This document shows positions 39,304-49,620 of a stretch of 64,000 nucleotides of DNA, in pieces. Origin of the DNA: Halarcobacter sp. Its GTDB lineage: Bacteria; Campylobacterota; Campylobacteria; Campylobacterales; Arcobacteraceae. The DNA lies in the NCBI GenBank assembly GCA_963676565.1, contig OY781089.1, positions 1,760,001 to 1,824,000 of the forward strand, in the 5' to 3' direction. Position numbers and translations under genes: made by a program. Numbering within the stretch: position 1 is the first letter of the stretch; each line of letters opens with the position of its first letter. The notes under the pieces are model-generated. The model saw only the letters and a list, made by a program, of their open reading frames with translations. It was not told the DNA's origin and searched no databases.

Positions 39304-40470
39304 GTGAAAGATTTAGGTTTATTTCAACAGCTCTCTCAAAGATTAGAGAAACTTGAAAAATTACCAAAAATGGATGAGTCAAAATCTATCCCTAAGGTAT
39401 TAGAAGAAAAAGGTATCTCAAGAAGAGATTTTATGAAGTGGGCAACTGCTGTTACTGCAATGTTAGCATTACCAGGTAACTTTACTCCACTTGTTGCAAA
39501 AGCTGCTGAGTTAAGTGATAGACTGCCTGTAATTTGGTTACATATGGCAGAGTGTACGGGATGTTCTGAATCATTATTAAGAACAGATGCACCAACTATT
39601 GATTCATTAATTTTTGATTTTATTTCATTACAATATCATGAAACATTAATGGCAAGTGCAGGTTGGCAAGCAGAAGATAATTTAGAACATGCAATCGAAA
39701 AATATAAGGGTAACTATATTTTAATGGTTGAAGGTGGAATTCCACAAGGTCAAAATGATTTTTATTTAACAATTGGTGGAAAAGGTCACACAGGTGAACA
39801 TTCTGCAAAACATGCATCTGAACATGCAAAAGCTATTTTTGCTATTGGTACATGTTCTTCATTTGGTGGTGTTCAAGCTGCAATTCCAAATCCAACAGGA
39901 GCAGTTGCTCTTTCAAAAATCACTGATAAACCAGTGATTAATGTTCCAGGATGTCCTCCAAGTGAGAAAAATATTGTTGGTACATTATTACACTTTATTT
40001 TATTTGGAACACTTCCAGCTTTAGATGCATATAATAGACCAAAATGGGCTTATGGACTTAGAATTCACGACTTATGTGAAAGAAGAGGTCACTTTGATGC
40101 AGGTGAATTTGTAGAAGAATTTGGTGATGAAGGTGCTAAAAAAGGTTACTGTTTATATAAAGTAGGTTGTAAAGGACCTTATACTTTTAATAACTGTGGT
40201 AAAAATAGATTTAACCAACATACTTCTTGGCCAATTCAAGCAGGTCACGGATGTATTGGATGTTCTGAACCAGATTTCTGGGATACTATGGGACCATTTG
40301 AAGAGCCAGTTGCAGATAGATTATATAACACAGTATTTGGTGGTCTTGGAGCAGATGCAACAGCCGATAAGGTTGGAACTGGATTATTAGCTGTAACTGG
40401 TATTGGTATAGCAGCACACGCAGCACTATCAACATTTAGAAAACCAAGAACAGAAGAAGAGGAACATTAA
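39304..40470 (+). CDS. hydA: Membrane-bound uptake [NiFe]-hydrogenase 2 small subunit (canonical group 1b)
   Basis: SRRDFMK Tat motif; HMAECTGCSES; GCPP; HDLCER; C-terminal TM. GTG start at 39304 after AAGGA preferred. Confidence 0.95.
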   Translation: MKDLGLFQQLSQRLEKLEKLPKMDESKSIPKVLEEKGISRRDFMKWATAVTAMLALPGNFTPLVAKAAELSDRLPVIWLHMAECTGCSESLLRTDAPTIDSLIFDFISLQYHETLMASAGWQAEDNLEHAIEKYKGNYILMVEGGIPQGQNDFYLTIGGKGHTGEHSAKHASEHAKAIFAIGTCSSFGGVQAAIPNPTGAVALSKITDKPVINVPGCPPSEKNIVGTLLHFILFGTLPALDAYNRPKWAYGLRIHDLCERRGHFDAGEFVEEFGDEGAKKGYCLYKVGCKGPYTFNNCGKNRFNQHTSWPIQAGHGCIGCSEPDFWDTMGPFEEPVADRLYNTVFGGLGADATADKVGTGLLAVTGIGIAAHAALSTFRKPRTEEEEH

Positions 40471-40471
40471 G

Positions 40472-42202
40472 ATGGCAAATAAAAGAGTAATAGTAGACCC
40501 AATTACAAGAATTGAAGGACACTTAAGAATTGAGGTTGAAGTTGATGAAAATAATGTAATTCAAAATGCTTTTTCTTCAGCAACTTTATGGAGAGGACTT
40601 GAAACTATTGTAAAAAATAGAGATCCAAGGGATGCAGGTTTTCTTATGGGAAGAATTTGTGGTGTTTGTACATACTCTCACTACAGAGCTGGAATTGAAG
40701 CTGTTGAAGATGCATTAGGGATTCAAATCCCATTAAATGCACAATTAACAAGATCATTAATGAATCAAGCATTATTTATCCATGACCACCCAGTACATTT
40801 TTATCATTTACATGGACTTGACTGGTGTGATGTTGTTTCAGCACTTGATGCAGATCCTGCACTTGCTGCTAAAGAAGCTTTTAAATATGCTAAATATCCT
40901 GTTGCAGCAGGAGAAGGTGATTTATTAAAAGTAAAAGATAAATTAAAAGCTTTTGTTGATAAAGGTGATTTAGGACCATTTGCTAATGCATATTGGGGAC
41001 ATAGTACTTTTAGATTAACACCTGAGCAAAATTTAATTGTAGCTTCTCACTATCTTAAAGCTTTAGAAATTCAAAGAACTGCTGCACAATTAATGGCAAT
41101 CTTTGGTGGTAAACAACCACACCCTCAAAGTTTAACTGTTGGTGGTGTAACTTGTATTATGGACTTATTAGATCCTAGTAGAATGGGTGAGTTCTTAGTT
41201 AAGTTTAAAGAGGTTGCAAACTTTGTAGAAAATGCTTATTATGCAGATATTAAAATGGCTGGTGCAGCATATATAACTGAACCAACTGTAACTGCTGAAG
41301 CTGGTGTAATGAACTTTATGGCACATAATACTATGCAATTAAATCAAACAGAACATTTATTTGATGCAGGTATTATATTAAATGGTGACCTTACAAAAGT
41401 TTATGAGATTGATGAGAGTTTAATTACAGAAGAAGCTACTCACGCATGGTATGAAGATGATGAACCTTTACATCCATATGATGGTAGAACAAATCCAAAA
41501 TATACTGGTTTACAAGATAGAATGACAGTTGGACCTGAAGGTGAAGATGTTGCTTCTAAATCAGTAGATGATAAAGGTAAATATTCTTGGATTAAATCAC
41601 CTCGATATGATGGTAAAGCAATGGAAGTTGGACCTTTAGCATCAATGTTAGTTTCATATGCAAAAGGGAATCCAAAAATTAAAAAAATTGTTGATGATTT
41701 CTTAGGCGAAACAGGATTACCTGCGGCTGCATTATTCACAACTTTAGGTAGAACAGCAGCTAGATGTTTACAAACTAAAGCAATTATTGACCATGGATTA
41801 GAAACATTTAATACATTAATTGAAAATTTAAAGGTAGACCAAGAAACTTGTGCTCCATATTCTATTGATAAAAATAAAGAGTATAAAGGAAGATTTATTG
41901 GCGATGTTCCAAGAGGTATGTTATCTCACTGGGTTAGAATCAAAAATGGTGTAATTGAAAACTACCAAGCTGTTGTTCCTTCAACATGGAATGCTGGTCC
42001 TGAAGATTCAAAAGGGATTAAAGGTCCTTATGAAGCTAATTTAATTGGTATGAAAGTTCAAGATGTTTCTCAACCATTAGAAATTATTAGAGTTATTCAT
42101 AGTATGGATCCTTGTATTGCTTGTGCTGTTCATGTAATGGATGTAAAAGGGAACGATTTAGGTGTTTATAAAGTAGACCCTATGTATGGAACTAGCTGCT
42201 AG
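40472..42202 (+). CDS. hydB: Uptake hydrogenase 2 large subunit
   Basis: DPITRIEGH; RICGVCTYSH; MDPCIACAVH plus extension. Confidence 0.96.
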   Translation: MANKRVIVDPITRIEGHLRIEVEVDENNVIQNAFSSATLWRGLETIVKNRDPRDAGFLMGRICGVCTYSHYRAGIEAVEDALGIQIPLNAQLTRSLMNQALFIHDHPVHFYHLHGLDWCDVVSALDADPALAAKEAFKYAKYPVAAGEGDLLKVKDKLKAFVDKGDLGPFANAYWGHSTFRLTPEQNLIVASHYLKALEIQRTAAQLMAIFGGKQPHPQSLTVGGVTCIMDLLDPSRMGEFLVKFKEVANFVENAYYADIKMAGAAYITEPTVTAEAGVMNFMAHNTMQLNQTEHLFDAGIILNGDLTKVYEIDESLITEEATHAWYEDDEPLHPYDGRTNPKYTGLQDRMTVGPEGEDVASKSVDDKGKYSWIKSPRYDGKAMEVGPLASMLVSYAKGNPKIKKIVDDFLGETGLPAAALFTTLGRTAARCLQTKAIIDHGLETFNTLIENLKVDQETCAPYSIDKNKEYKGRFIGDVPRGMLSHWVRIKNGVIENYQAVVPSTWNAGPEDSKGIKGPYEANLIGMKVQDVSQPLEIIRVIHSMDPCIACAVHVMDVKGNDLGVYKVDPMYGTSC

Positions 42203-42211
42203 GAGCAAATT

Positions 42212-42886
42212 ATGATAAAAAAACATTATGAATTTTCGTATTGGCTAAGAATCACTCACTGGGTGAGAGCCCTTGCAATAGTAATTTTAACAGTATCGGG
42301 TTTTTATATAGCATATCCATTTATATCACCTGCTCACTCTGGTGGTGAGCCTGTGTTATTTTTAAATGCTTTATTTAGATCTTGGCATGTTATTTTTGGA
42401 TTTATGTTAATTGCTGTTACAATTGGAAAATTTTATTTATTTATTTTTGATAAACAAAGTAAACCTGAAAGAGATTCTTTTTGGGATTTTATTAATCCTA
42501 AAGTTTGGATTCAACAAATTGGGTATTATTTGTTAATCACAAAGCACCCTCATGGAAAAGGTGTTTATAACCCACTTCAGTTTATGGCTTATGTTGGGGT
42601 GTATGTAGCAATTGTTATGATCTCATTAACAGGATTAATCCTTTATGTTCATGTATATCATGAAGGTATGGGTGGTTTTTTGTTTGATTTTATGCGATCA
42701 TTAGAAGTAATGATGGGCGGTTTAGCGTTTGTTAGAGAGTTACACCACATTTTTATGTGGATTTTCATAATCTTCTTACCTATTCACGTATATCTTGCAG
42801 TATTTAACTCTGTACATGGAAAACAAGGAGCAATGGACTCTATTATTTCTGGTTACAGATGGGTAAAAGAGGATACAAAGCACTAA
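42212..42886 (+). CDS. hydC: Hydrogenase 2 cytochrome b subunit
   Basis: RITHWVRA, SWH, YNPLQ, RELHH, IHVY. Confidence 0.93.
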   Translation: MIKKHYEFSYWLRITHWVRALAIVILTVSGFYIAYPFISPAHSGGEPVLFLNALFRSWHVIFGFMLIAVTIGKFYLFIFDKQSKPERDSFWDFINPKVWIQQIGYYLLITKHPHGKGVYNPLQFMAYVGVYVAIVMISLTGLILYVHVYHEGMGGFLFDFMRSLEVMMGGLAFVRELHHIFMWIFIIFLPIHVYLAVFNSVHGKQGAMDSIISGYRWVKEDTKH

Positions 42887-42887
42887 T

Positions 42888-43451
42888 ATGAATATATTAA
42901 TTTTAGGAATAGGAAATATCCTATTCCAAGATGAAGGAATTGGAGCTCATTTTATTCATTATCTTGATGAAAAATATGAGTACAGTTCTGATAAACATAC
43001 TATTAGTATTGTTGATGGTGGAACATTAGCCCACAGGCTAATTCCACTCATCATCAAATATGATAAAGTTTTTGTTGTTGATTGTATTGACGCATTAGAT
43101 TCAAAACCTGGTGATATTTATTTTTTTGATTATTTAAAAGCTCCTGCGGAAGTTGATTGGCAAGGTAGTGCCCATGAACTTGAGATGCTTCAAACTTTAA
43201 ATATGATTAAAATGAATGGAGACTTACCAAGTACAAATGTTCTTGGAATTATCCCTAAAAGAATTGCCGATGATACTACTTTTGAATTAAGTGAAGAGAT
43301 TATAAAAGCTATTCCTACAATGGAAAATACAATAATCAATGCAATAAAAGATTTAGGTGTAAATGTTTCACTTAGAAATGAAAATTTATCAATCATTGAA
43401 ATAGCTAACAGCTCATATAAAAGAGAGATTATAAATGGTCCTGCAATATAA
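42888..43451 (+). CDS. hydD: Hydrogenase maturation endopeptidase 2
   Basis: GIGNILFQDEGIG, DGGTLA, VDC, SAHE. Confidence 0.93.
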   Translation: MNILILGIGNILFQDEGIGAHFIHYLDEKYEYSSDKHTISIVDGGTLAHRLIPLIIKYDKVFVVDCIDALDSKPGDIYFFDYLKAPAEVDWQGSAHELEMLQTLNMIKMNGDLPSTNVLGIIPKRIADDTTFELSEEIIKAIPTMENTIINAIKDLGVNVSLRNENLSIIEIANSSYKREIINGPAI

Positions 43452-45048
43452 ATTTAAGTATACATCTAACAATAATAGTTTAATAACTATTTTAGATAAT
43501 ATTTTAGCAAAAAAAGAAACCACTTATAATCTTTATAAAGAGGATGATTTTCTTTTTTTATATGTAGATGATGAAGAAGAAAAACTATTAAAAATTTCAG
43601 ATGAAATATCAACTGAACTTCCTATGTCAATATTTTTGGAAGATTATACATTAGAAGTTGTGCCACAGTTTCCAATTGTCAACTATCAATATACTCCTGA
43701 TAGTCTCAGAAAGTCTTACTGTTCAAATTGTTTAACCAAAGTAGAAAATAATGAGTCTAAATTTTTCTACGACCCCTTTTTAAATTGTGAAATTTGTGGT
43801 ACAACTTGTGATGTAGAAAAAATAGAAATAAGTTCAAAAGATGAAGAGTTTACTTACTCAAACTATAAAGAGTTTTTTGAAAAACTTGCATTAGCAATCT
43901 CTTCAAATAAAAAAGTAAAAATAAATAATTATGTATTTACAAAGTTTAAAAAACTTGAAAAAGAAAATGAAAAAATACTTTGTACAAATCTTGATAAATT
44001 GCCAAATATTGTAGTTGGTTCAAAGCAAAAGATTGCGCTTTTATTAAGTTTAGAAAAACCAACAATCTGTTTTAATGTAAACGCTATATATAAAACAAAC
44101 AATAATTGCTTAGTTAATAAAGTTGATATTAAAGCACCTTGGAATATTTTTTATCATCTATTAGCAAAAGAACTTTTAGCTTTAAATATAGATTTTGTAA
44201 AGTTTGAAGAGGATGAAGATTTTGATTTAGAAATCAATTTTAATGATATCGAAAACAAGACAAAAATATCAGTAACTCAAAGTAAGATACATTTTTTAGA
44301 AAATAGTTTTTATGATAAAGCTTTAGATGAGTTATATAATAAATTTGATGAAAAAGCAAAATCACAATTTATGGTTTTATTAAGTGAAAATAAGTTATTC
44401 GAAAAATCTATAATCAACATCTATGCCTCATCTAAATATGATATGGCGATATCTTTATATTCTCCAAAAATTGATGGTGTTGTTGATTTAGTATCTTTTA
44501 AAATGCCAAAAAGTGTTAATGAGATTTTTGAAGGTATCAAAAAAGAAGAAAATGGTGAAAGATTATTAGAAAATTTCAAAAATAAATTTGAAAAAGAGTA
44601 TGAAAATGCTTTAAATTCAGATATCTCTTTTATTAAAGATTGTTCTTTAAATTCATTATTAAAAATACCTGGAACTATTTTAGGAATAGATAATATTTAT
44701 AAAGATGCTTCAAGTGCCTTACTTCAAAAAGGCCCAAGATTAGATTTTAAAATTATAAATAAAGAGAAACTATTTAATAAAGAGTTTGATTTTATTAAAC
44801 TTGTAAAAAGTGGAATTAGTTTTAAACTTGCAGGGGTAGATAAAAAAACTTTAGCCTTAGGATATGTAGAGAGTTTTATCTATTTCTTATCTGATCTAAT
44901 TGATGATGTTAATGAAAACTTTCCTATTGATGGAATATCTTTAAGTGGTGATTTAATAGCAGATGAATTTTTCAATAAAATCTTAAAATTAGCATTAACA
45001 ACAAACTTTAAATTATATTACAATAAGGATTTTCCAATACAATTATAA
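43435..45048 (+). CDS. HydE-like hydrogenase accessory protein 2
   Basis: Follows hydD2; LPMSIFL, two CxxC (CSNC, CEIC), SLEKP, KGPRLDF, SFKLAGVD...LALGYVES. Confidence 0.72.
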   Translation: MVLQYKFKYTSNNNSLITILDNILAKKETTYNLYKEDDFLFLYVDDEEEKLLKISDEISTELPMSIFLEDYTLEVVPQFPIVNYQYTPDSLRKSYCSNCLTKVENNESKFFYDPFLNCEICGTTCDVEKIEISSKDEEFTYSNYKEFFEKLALAISSNKKVKINNYVFTKFKKLEKENEKILCTNLDKLPNIVVGSKQKIALLLSLEKPTICFNVNAIYKTNNNCLVNKVDIKAPWNIFYHLLAKELLALNIDFVKFEEDEDFDLEINFNDIENKTKISVTQSKIHFLENSFYDKALDELYNKFDEKAKSQFMVLLSENKLFEKSIINIYASSKYDMAISLYSPKIDGVVDLVSFKMPKSVNEIFEGIKKEENGERLLENFKNKFEKEYENALNSDISFIKDCSLNSLLKIPGTILGIDNIYKDASSALLQKGPRLDFKIINKEKLFNKEFDFIKLVKSGISFKLAGVDKKTLALGYVESFIYFLSDLIDDVNENFPIDGISLSGDLIADEFFNKILKLALTTNFKLYYNKDFPIQL

Positions 45049-45068
45049 AAAAACTAATTTGGAAAAGA

Positions 45069-47300
45069 ATGAAATCTATACAAATACAAGTAAAGGGTAT
45101 TGTTCAAGGTGTTGGATTTAGACCATATGTTTATAATTTAGCTTTAAAAAATAAGCTTTTTGGCTGGGTAAATAATGATGATCAAGGTGTAAATATCGTA
45201 TTAGAGGGTGATGAGTTAAATCTTGAGAGTTTTTTAGATACTTTAAAAAACTCCCCACCACCCCTTGCTAAAATAGATTCTATTACAATTGAAGAAAAAA
45301 AACTCCAAAATTTTAAAAGTTTTGAAATAATTGAGAGTAAAACTACTTCAAATAAATCTACTATTATTAGTCCTGATATGGCTATTTGTGATGATTGTAT
45401 TGAGGATATAAATAATCCTGAAAACTTTAGATATGAATATGCACTTACAAATTGTACAAATTGTGGACCTAGATATTCAATTATAAATACAGTTCCCTAT
45501 GATAGATGTAATACTTCAATGGCTAAATTTAAAATGTGTTCTAAATGTGAAGAGGAGTACAAAAATCCATTAAATAGAAGATATCATGCACAACCAGTTT
45601 CTTGTGAGGTTTGTGGTCCTAAAATTGCTTTATTTAATAATAAGAATGAACAATTATCAAAAGATATTCAAAGTATAATTGATATAGCACAAAAGATTAA
45701 AGAAGGTTCAATAGTCGCAATAAAAGGTTTAGGTGGCTTTCATTTAGTTTGTAATGCTTTAGATGATAATGCAGTATATGAATTAAGAACTAGGAAAAAT
45801 AGACCAACAAAACCCTTTGCTGTAATGTTTAAAAATCTTGAGCAAATAAAAAATCACACATTATTAACTAAAAAAGAAGAAGAGATTATAACTTCAAAAG
45901 AAAAACCAATTACATTAGTTAAAACAAAAAATATTAATAAAACAAAATTAAGTAAATATATTGCCCCAAATATTGATAGACTTGGTTGTTTTATTGCTTA
46001 TACTCCATTACATCATCTATTATTTAAATATTTAGATACTCCTATAGTTGCAACAAGTGCAAACTTATCAGATGAACCAATATTAAGGTTCAAAGATGAA
46101 GTTATAGAAAAATTAGGTGGTGTAGTAGATTTCATACTTGATTTTGATAGAGATATAATAAATGCCTGTGATGATTCTGTAGTTCAAGTTGCAAATGATG
46201 ATATCCTAGTTTTAAGAAATGCAAGGGGATATGCTCCAACAAGTTTGAAACTTTCTAAAAAAACTAATAAAAAAATTTTAGCCCTTGGTGCAAATCAAAA
46301 ATCAACAATAGCTTTGGCTTTTGAAGATAATCTAATTTTATCGCCTCATATTGGAGATTTAGGTTCAATAACTTCAATAGAATACTTTAATAGGACAATT
46401 GAGACTTTTAAAAGGTTTTATGATTTTGAACCTGATTTAATAGTTTGTGATAAGCATCCAAATTATGAAAGTTCAAAATGGGCAAGAGAACAAGATATTA
46501 AAGTAGTAGAGATACAACACCATTATTCTCATGTTTTATCAACTATGGCAGAATACAATTTAGATGAAAAAGTTTTAGCTTTTTCATTTGATGGAACTGG
46601 CTTTGGGGATGATGGAAATATTTGGGGTGGTGAAGTTTTTATTGCTACAAATAAAGAGTATGAAAGGGTTTATCATTTAAACTATTTTAAACTTTTAGGA
46701 GGAGAAAAATCAATTAAAGAGCCAAAAAGAGTCGCTTTATCTTTACTTTTTGATTGTTTTTCATTGGATGAAGTTTTAAATTTAAATAATCCAACAGTAA
46801 ATGCTTTTTCCCAAAGTGAAATAAAAATCATGTATACCATGTGGCAAAAGGGATTAAATGCCCCAAAAACTAGCTCAATGGGTAGAGTTTTTGATGCAAT
46901 AGCAAGTTTATGTGATATCTCACAAACTCAAAGTTATGAAGGGGAAACCGGTTTGCAAATAGAAATGGCTTATGATGAATCATTTAAAGAGGCATATTCC
47001 TATGAAATAAAAGATGGAAAAATTGATTTTTTAAAAGCTATTAAAGAGATAATTAAAGATAAAGATAAAAAATTAGTTTGTAGTAAATTTTTAAATATGT
47101 TAGTTGAATTGATCTCTCAAATATCAAAAAAACATAATGATTTACCGATTATATTGACAGGTGGGGTTTTCCAAAATAAGACTTTATTACAGTTAGTAAG
47201 TAAAAGACTTGAAAAAGAGAATAGAAGGTATTATTATTCAAAAAAGATACCACTAAATGATGGTGGTATCTCTATTGGGCAAGTTTATTTTATGCTATAG
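45069..47300 (+). CDS. hypF: Carbamoyltransferase HypF
   Basis: GIVQGVGFRP; Zn fingers CDDC..CTNCGPR, CSKC..CEVCGP; KGLGGFHL; QHHYSH; DGTGFG; NDGGISIGQ. Confidence 0.97.
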   Translation: MKSIQIQVKGIVQGVGFRPYVYNLALKNKLFGWVNNDDQGVNIVLEGDELNLESFLDTLKNSPPPLAKIDSITIEEKKLQNFKSFEIIESKTTSNKSTIISPDMAICDDCIEDINNPENFRYEYALTNCTNCGPRYSIINTVPYDRCNTSMAKFKMCSKCEEEYKNPLNRRYHAQPVSCEVCGPKIALFNNKNEQLSKDIQSIIDIAQKIKEGSIVAIKGLGGFHLVCNALDDNAVYELRTRKNRPTKPFAVMFKNLEQIKNHTLLTKKEEEIITSKEKPITLVKTKNINKTKLSKYIAPNIDRLGCFIAYTPLHHLLFKYLDTPIVATSANLSDEPILRFKDEVIEKLGGVVDFILDFDRDIINACDDSVVQVANDDILVLRNARGYAPTSLKLSKKTNKKILALGANQKSTIALAFEDNLILSPHIGDLGSITSIEYFNRTIETFKRFYDFEPDLIVCDKHPNYESSKWAREQDIKVVEIQHHYSHVLSTMAEYNLDEKVLAFSFDGTGFGDDGNIWGGEVFIATNKEYERVYHLNYFKLLGGEKSIKEPKRVALSLLFDCFSLDEVLNLNNPTVNAFSQSEIKIMYTMWQKGLNAPKTSSMGRVFDAIASLCDISQTQSYEGETGLQIEMAYDESFKEAYSYEIKDGKIDFLKAIKEIIKDKDKKLVCSKFLNMLVELISQISKKHNDLPIILTGGVFQNKTLLQLVSKRLEKENRRYYYSKKIPLNDGGISIGQVYFML

Positions 47301-47589
47301 ATTCTTTTGGTTTAACCTTTTTTTCTATAAAAAAGGCACCAAAAGGGATTAGTGATAAAACAAAAAGTTGGAAAACAAAGCCAACATCCCAAGATTTTCT
47401 TAATTTTGTTTCAAATAAAGATACCATAAAAATTATAAACAAAACTCCATGAATCATACCAAAGACTTTAACAGGATAAGGATTCTCTCCAATATATTTT
47501 ACAGGCATAGCTATAAAAACTAAAAGTAAATAAGATAATCCCTCAATTGCAGAAATAACTCTAAAACGGCTTAACGCATCTTTTATCAT
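47290..47589 (-). CDS. DUF3817-like small membrane protein
   Basis: FRV....EGLSYLLL..IAMP.KY, GMIHG.LF, SLIPFG.F. Confidence 0.8.
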   Translation of the reverse strand: MIKDALSRFRVISAIEGLSYLLLVFIAMPVKYIGENPYPVKVFGMIHGVLFIIFMVSLFETKLRKSWDVGFVFQLFVLSLIPFGAFFIEKKVKPKESIA

Positions 47590-47699
47590 AATAAATTCCC
47601 TAAAATTTTTTGCAATTATATATAAATTTATTTATATTTTCTTTAGTTTTTAATCTTGTTATTTTTATTAACTGTTTTTAAATTTTTCTTTTTAAATTT

Positions 47700-48359
47700 T
47701 CATTTATATTTATAAAAAATAGTTTTTAATATCTCAATTTGTTTATTTTGTAAGTAAGTGAATTTAAACTCACACTCTTTTAGATAATAAAAGAAATTGC
47801 TTTCATTTACCCCTTTATATTTTTTTAAATTCTCTTCTAAGTATTTCCAAAAAACATTTAGTGGAGTTGAGTAAGAGTATTGGGAGTAGATTCTATGCCA
47901 CTTCAAATATTTTTCAAACTCCTTATCATCTTCTATTGTGTTATGTCTTGGAAGTTTTGGCATTAATAAAGTGAAAATTCTTTTGTTTGAATAAAAACCT
48001 AAGATATTTATAGCATTATAAAGGGATCTCTTTTTATTCTTTTTTTCTCTATTTGTAAAATAGTAAAACTCTTCATATGAACTATTATCATTTATACTAT
48101 TATAATGTTCATTCTCTAAAAAATTTGCAATCAACTTTCTAAAAAACATATATCTGTTTTGAACAGTTCTATAATTAATTTTAAGTATTTTAGCACATCT
48201 ATTAGCACTTATATTATTACAAAAAAATTCAATTATTCTGTGATCAGTTTCAATTTTTCTTGTAGAGAATTTTCTATTACATGAACTACATTTTTTATAA
48301 TTATCTTGAAGATTATAAAGTCTTTTTGAATCACAATAGGGACAATATTTAATTTCCAT
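47700..48359 (-). CDS. IS1595-family transposase-derived protein, catalytic residues apparently lost
   Basis: Zn ribbon CPYC..CSSC, HTH-like region, C-terminal FW..L.KYKGV...FFYYLKECEFKF; no terminal inverted repeats seen. Confidence 0.75.
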   Translation of the reverse strand: MEIKYCPYCDSKRLYNLQDNYKKCSSCNRKFSTRKIETDHRIIEFFCNNISANRCAKILKINYRTVQNRYMFFRKLIANFLENEHYNSINDNSSYEEFYYFTNREKKNKKRSLYNAINILGFYSNKRIFTLLMPKLPRHNTIEDDKEFEKYLKWHRIYSQYSYSTPLNVFWKYLEENLKKYKGVNESNFFYYLKECEFKFTYLQNKQIEILKTIFYKYK

Positions 48360-48528
48360 TTTAAAACCATCTTTAATATTTTTATATTTAAAAGAATAAC
48401 TTAATATAACTAATAGTTTACTTGTTCTAAAAATACATAAGATGTGCTTACTATTAGTTTGAATAAAGTTTCATTAGACTACACTTTCTAAAATGAACAA
48501 TAATTCACAAGAATTTAAAGGATAATAT

Positions 48529-49332
48529 ATGTGTAAAGATTGCGGTTGTACAATAGCAGGTGATGCTCATCACCATCATCATGATCATGACCATTCACAC
48601 AGTCATGACCATTCTCACCCAGAAGGTAGTGCTTCACATCAAGCAGCTCATGAAACTCTTCATCATAACCCACAACTAAATGATGCAAAAACAGTTTCTG
48701 TAATTCAAAAAATATTAGATAAAAATGACCATGAAGCAGCTCACAATAGAGCTCATTTTGATAGTCATAAAGTTTTAGGAATAAATCTTATGTCAAGTCC
48801 TGGAAGTGGTAAAACAACACTTTTAGAACATATGGCTGATATTGCTGACTTTAAATATGGAGTTGTTGAAGGTGATTTAGAAACTAATAGAGATGCAGAT
48901 AGATTAATTGCAAAAGATATTAAAGCTGTTCAAATTCAAACAGGAAGTGCCTGTCATTTAGATGCATTTATGGTTCACAAAGGATTACATGATATGCCTT
49001 TAGATGATTTAGATGTATGTTTTGTTGAAAATGTAGGTAATCTTGTATGTCCTGCATCTTATGATGTTGGAACTCATTTAAACATTGTATTGGTTAGTAT
49101 TCCTGAAGGTGAAGATAAAATTGCTAAATATCCAGTTATGTTTAGAGCCGCAGATTTAATTCTTTTTACAAAAACAGATCTACTTCCTTATTTTGAATAT
49201 GATTTAGAAAAAGAGAAAGAAACAGCTAGAAAACTAAAACCAAACGTAGATATTTTGGAAGTTTCAACAAAAGATGAAGCGAGTTTAAAAGCTGTTGTTG
49301 AGTGGATTAATTTTAAAAGGAGAATGAGATAA
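48529..49332 (+). CDS. hypB: Hydrogenase nickel-incorporation GTPase
   Basis: CKDCGC, His-rich tract, SSPGSGKTT, CHLDA, ENVGNLVCP, TKTD. Confidence 0.97.
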   Translation: MCKDCGCTIAGDAHHHHHDHDHSHSHDHSHPEGSASHQAAHETLHHNPQLNDAKTVSVIQKILDKNDHEAAHNRAHFDSHKVLGINLMSSPGSGKTTLLEHMADIADFKYGVVEGDLETNRDADRLIAKDIKAVQIQTGSACHLDAFMVHKGLHDMPLDDLDVCFVENVGNLVCPASYDVGTHLNIVLVSIPEGEDKIAKYPVMFRAADLILFTKTDLLPYFEYDLEKEKETARKLKPNVDILEVSTKDEASLKAVVEWINFKRRMR

Positions 49333-49613
49333 TGTGTCTTTCTATACCTTCTAAAATTAAAAAAATAGACAAAGAAAATAATGTATGTACTGTTGATACT
49401 ATGGGAGTTGAGAGAAATGCTTCTTTAGATTTAATTGACCAACCAGTAGAAGTTGGAGATTATGTATTAATTCACATAGGTTTTGCAATGAATAAAATTG
49501 ATGAAAATGATGCTTTAGAATCCTTAGCTATTTATCGTGAAATAATCGAAAAAATGGAAGAAGAGGATAGGCAACAAGCAATTTTAGATGGGGATAATTG
49601 CCCTAATAGGTGA
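49332..49613 (+). CDS. hypC: Hydrogenase chaperone HypC
   Basis: MCLSIP; VGDYVLIHIGFAM. Confidence 0.96.
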   Translation: MCLSIPSKIKKIDKENNVCTVDTMGVERNASLDLIDQPVEVGDYVLIHIGFAMNKIDENDALESLAIYREIIEKMEEEDRQQAILDGDNCPNR

Positions 49614-49620
49614 GAAAAAT

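Noticed and set aside
35920..42130. Possible selenocysteine ([NiFeSe]) hydrogenases
   Set aside because: The L2 motifs use TGT Cys codons (DPCIAC); no in-frame TGA.
3840..47300. Short 3'-3' overlaps of convergent genes (3840-3856, 17240-17257, 47290-47300)
   Set aside because: Common in compact AT-rich genomes; no further signal.
47590..48420. Active IS1595 insertion sequence
   Set aside because: No terminal inverted repeats or target duplication seen and catalytic motifs degenerate; reported instead as a possible domesticated gene.
48565..48620. CAT/CAC/GAC repeat tract
   Set aside because: Encodes the ordinary His-rich Ni-binding region of HypB.
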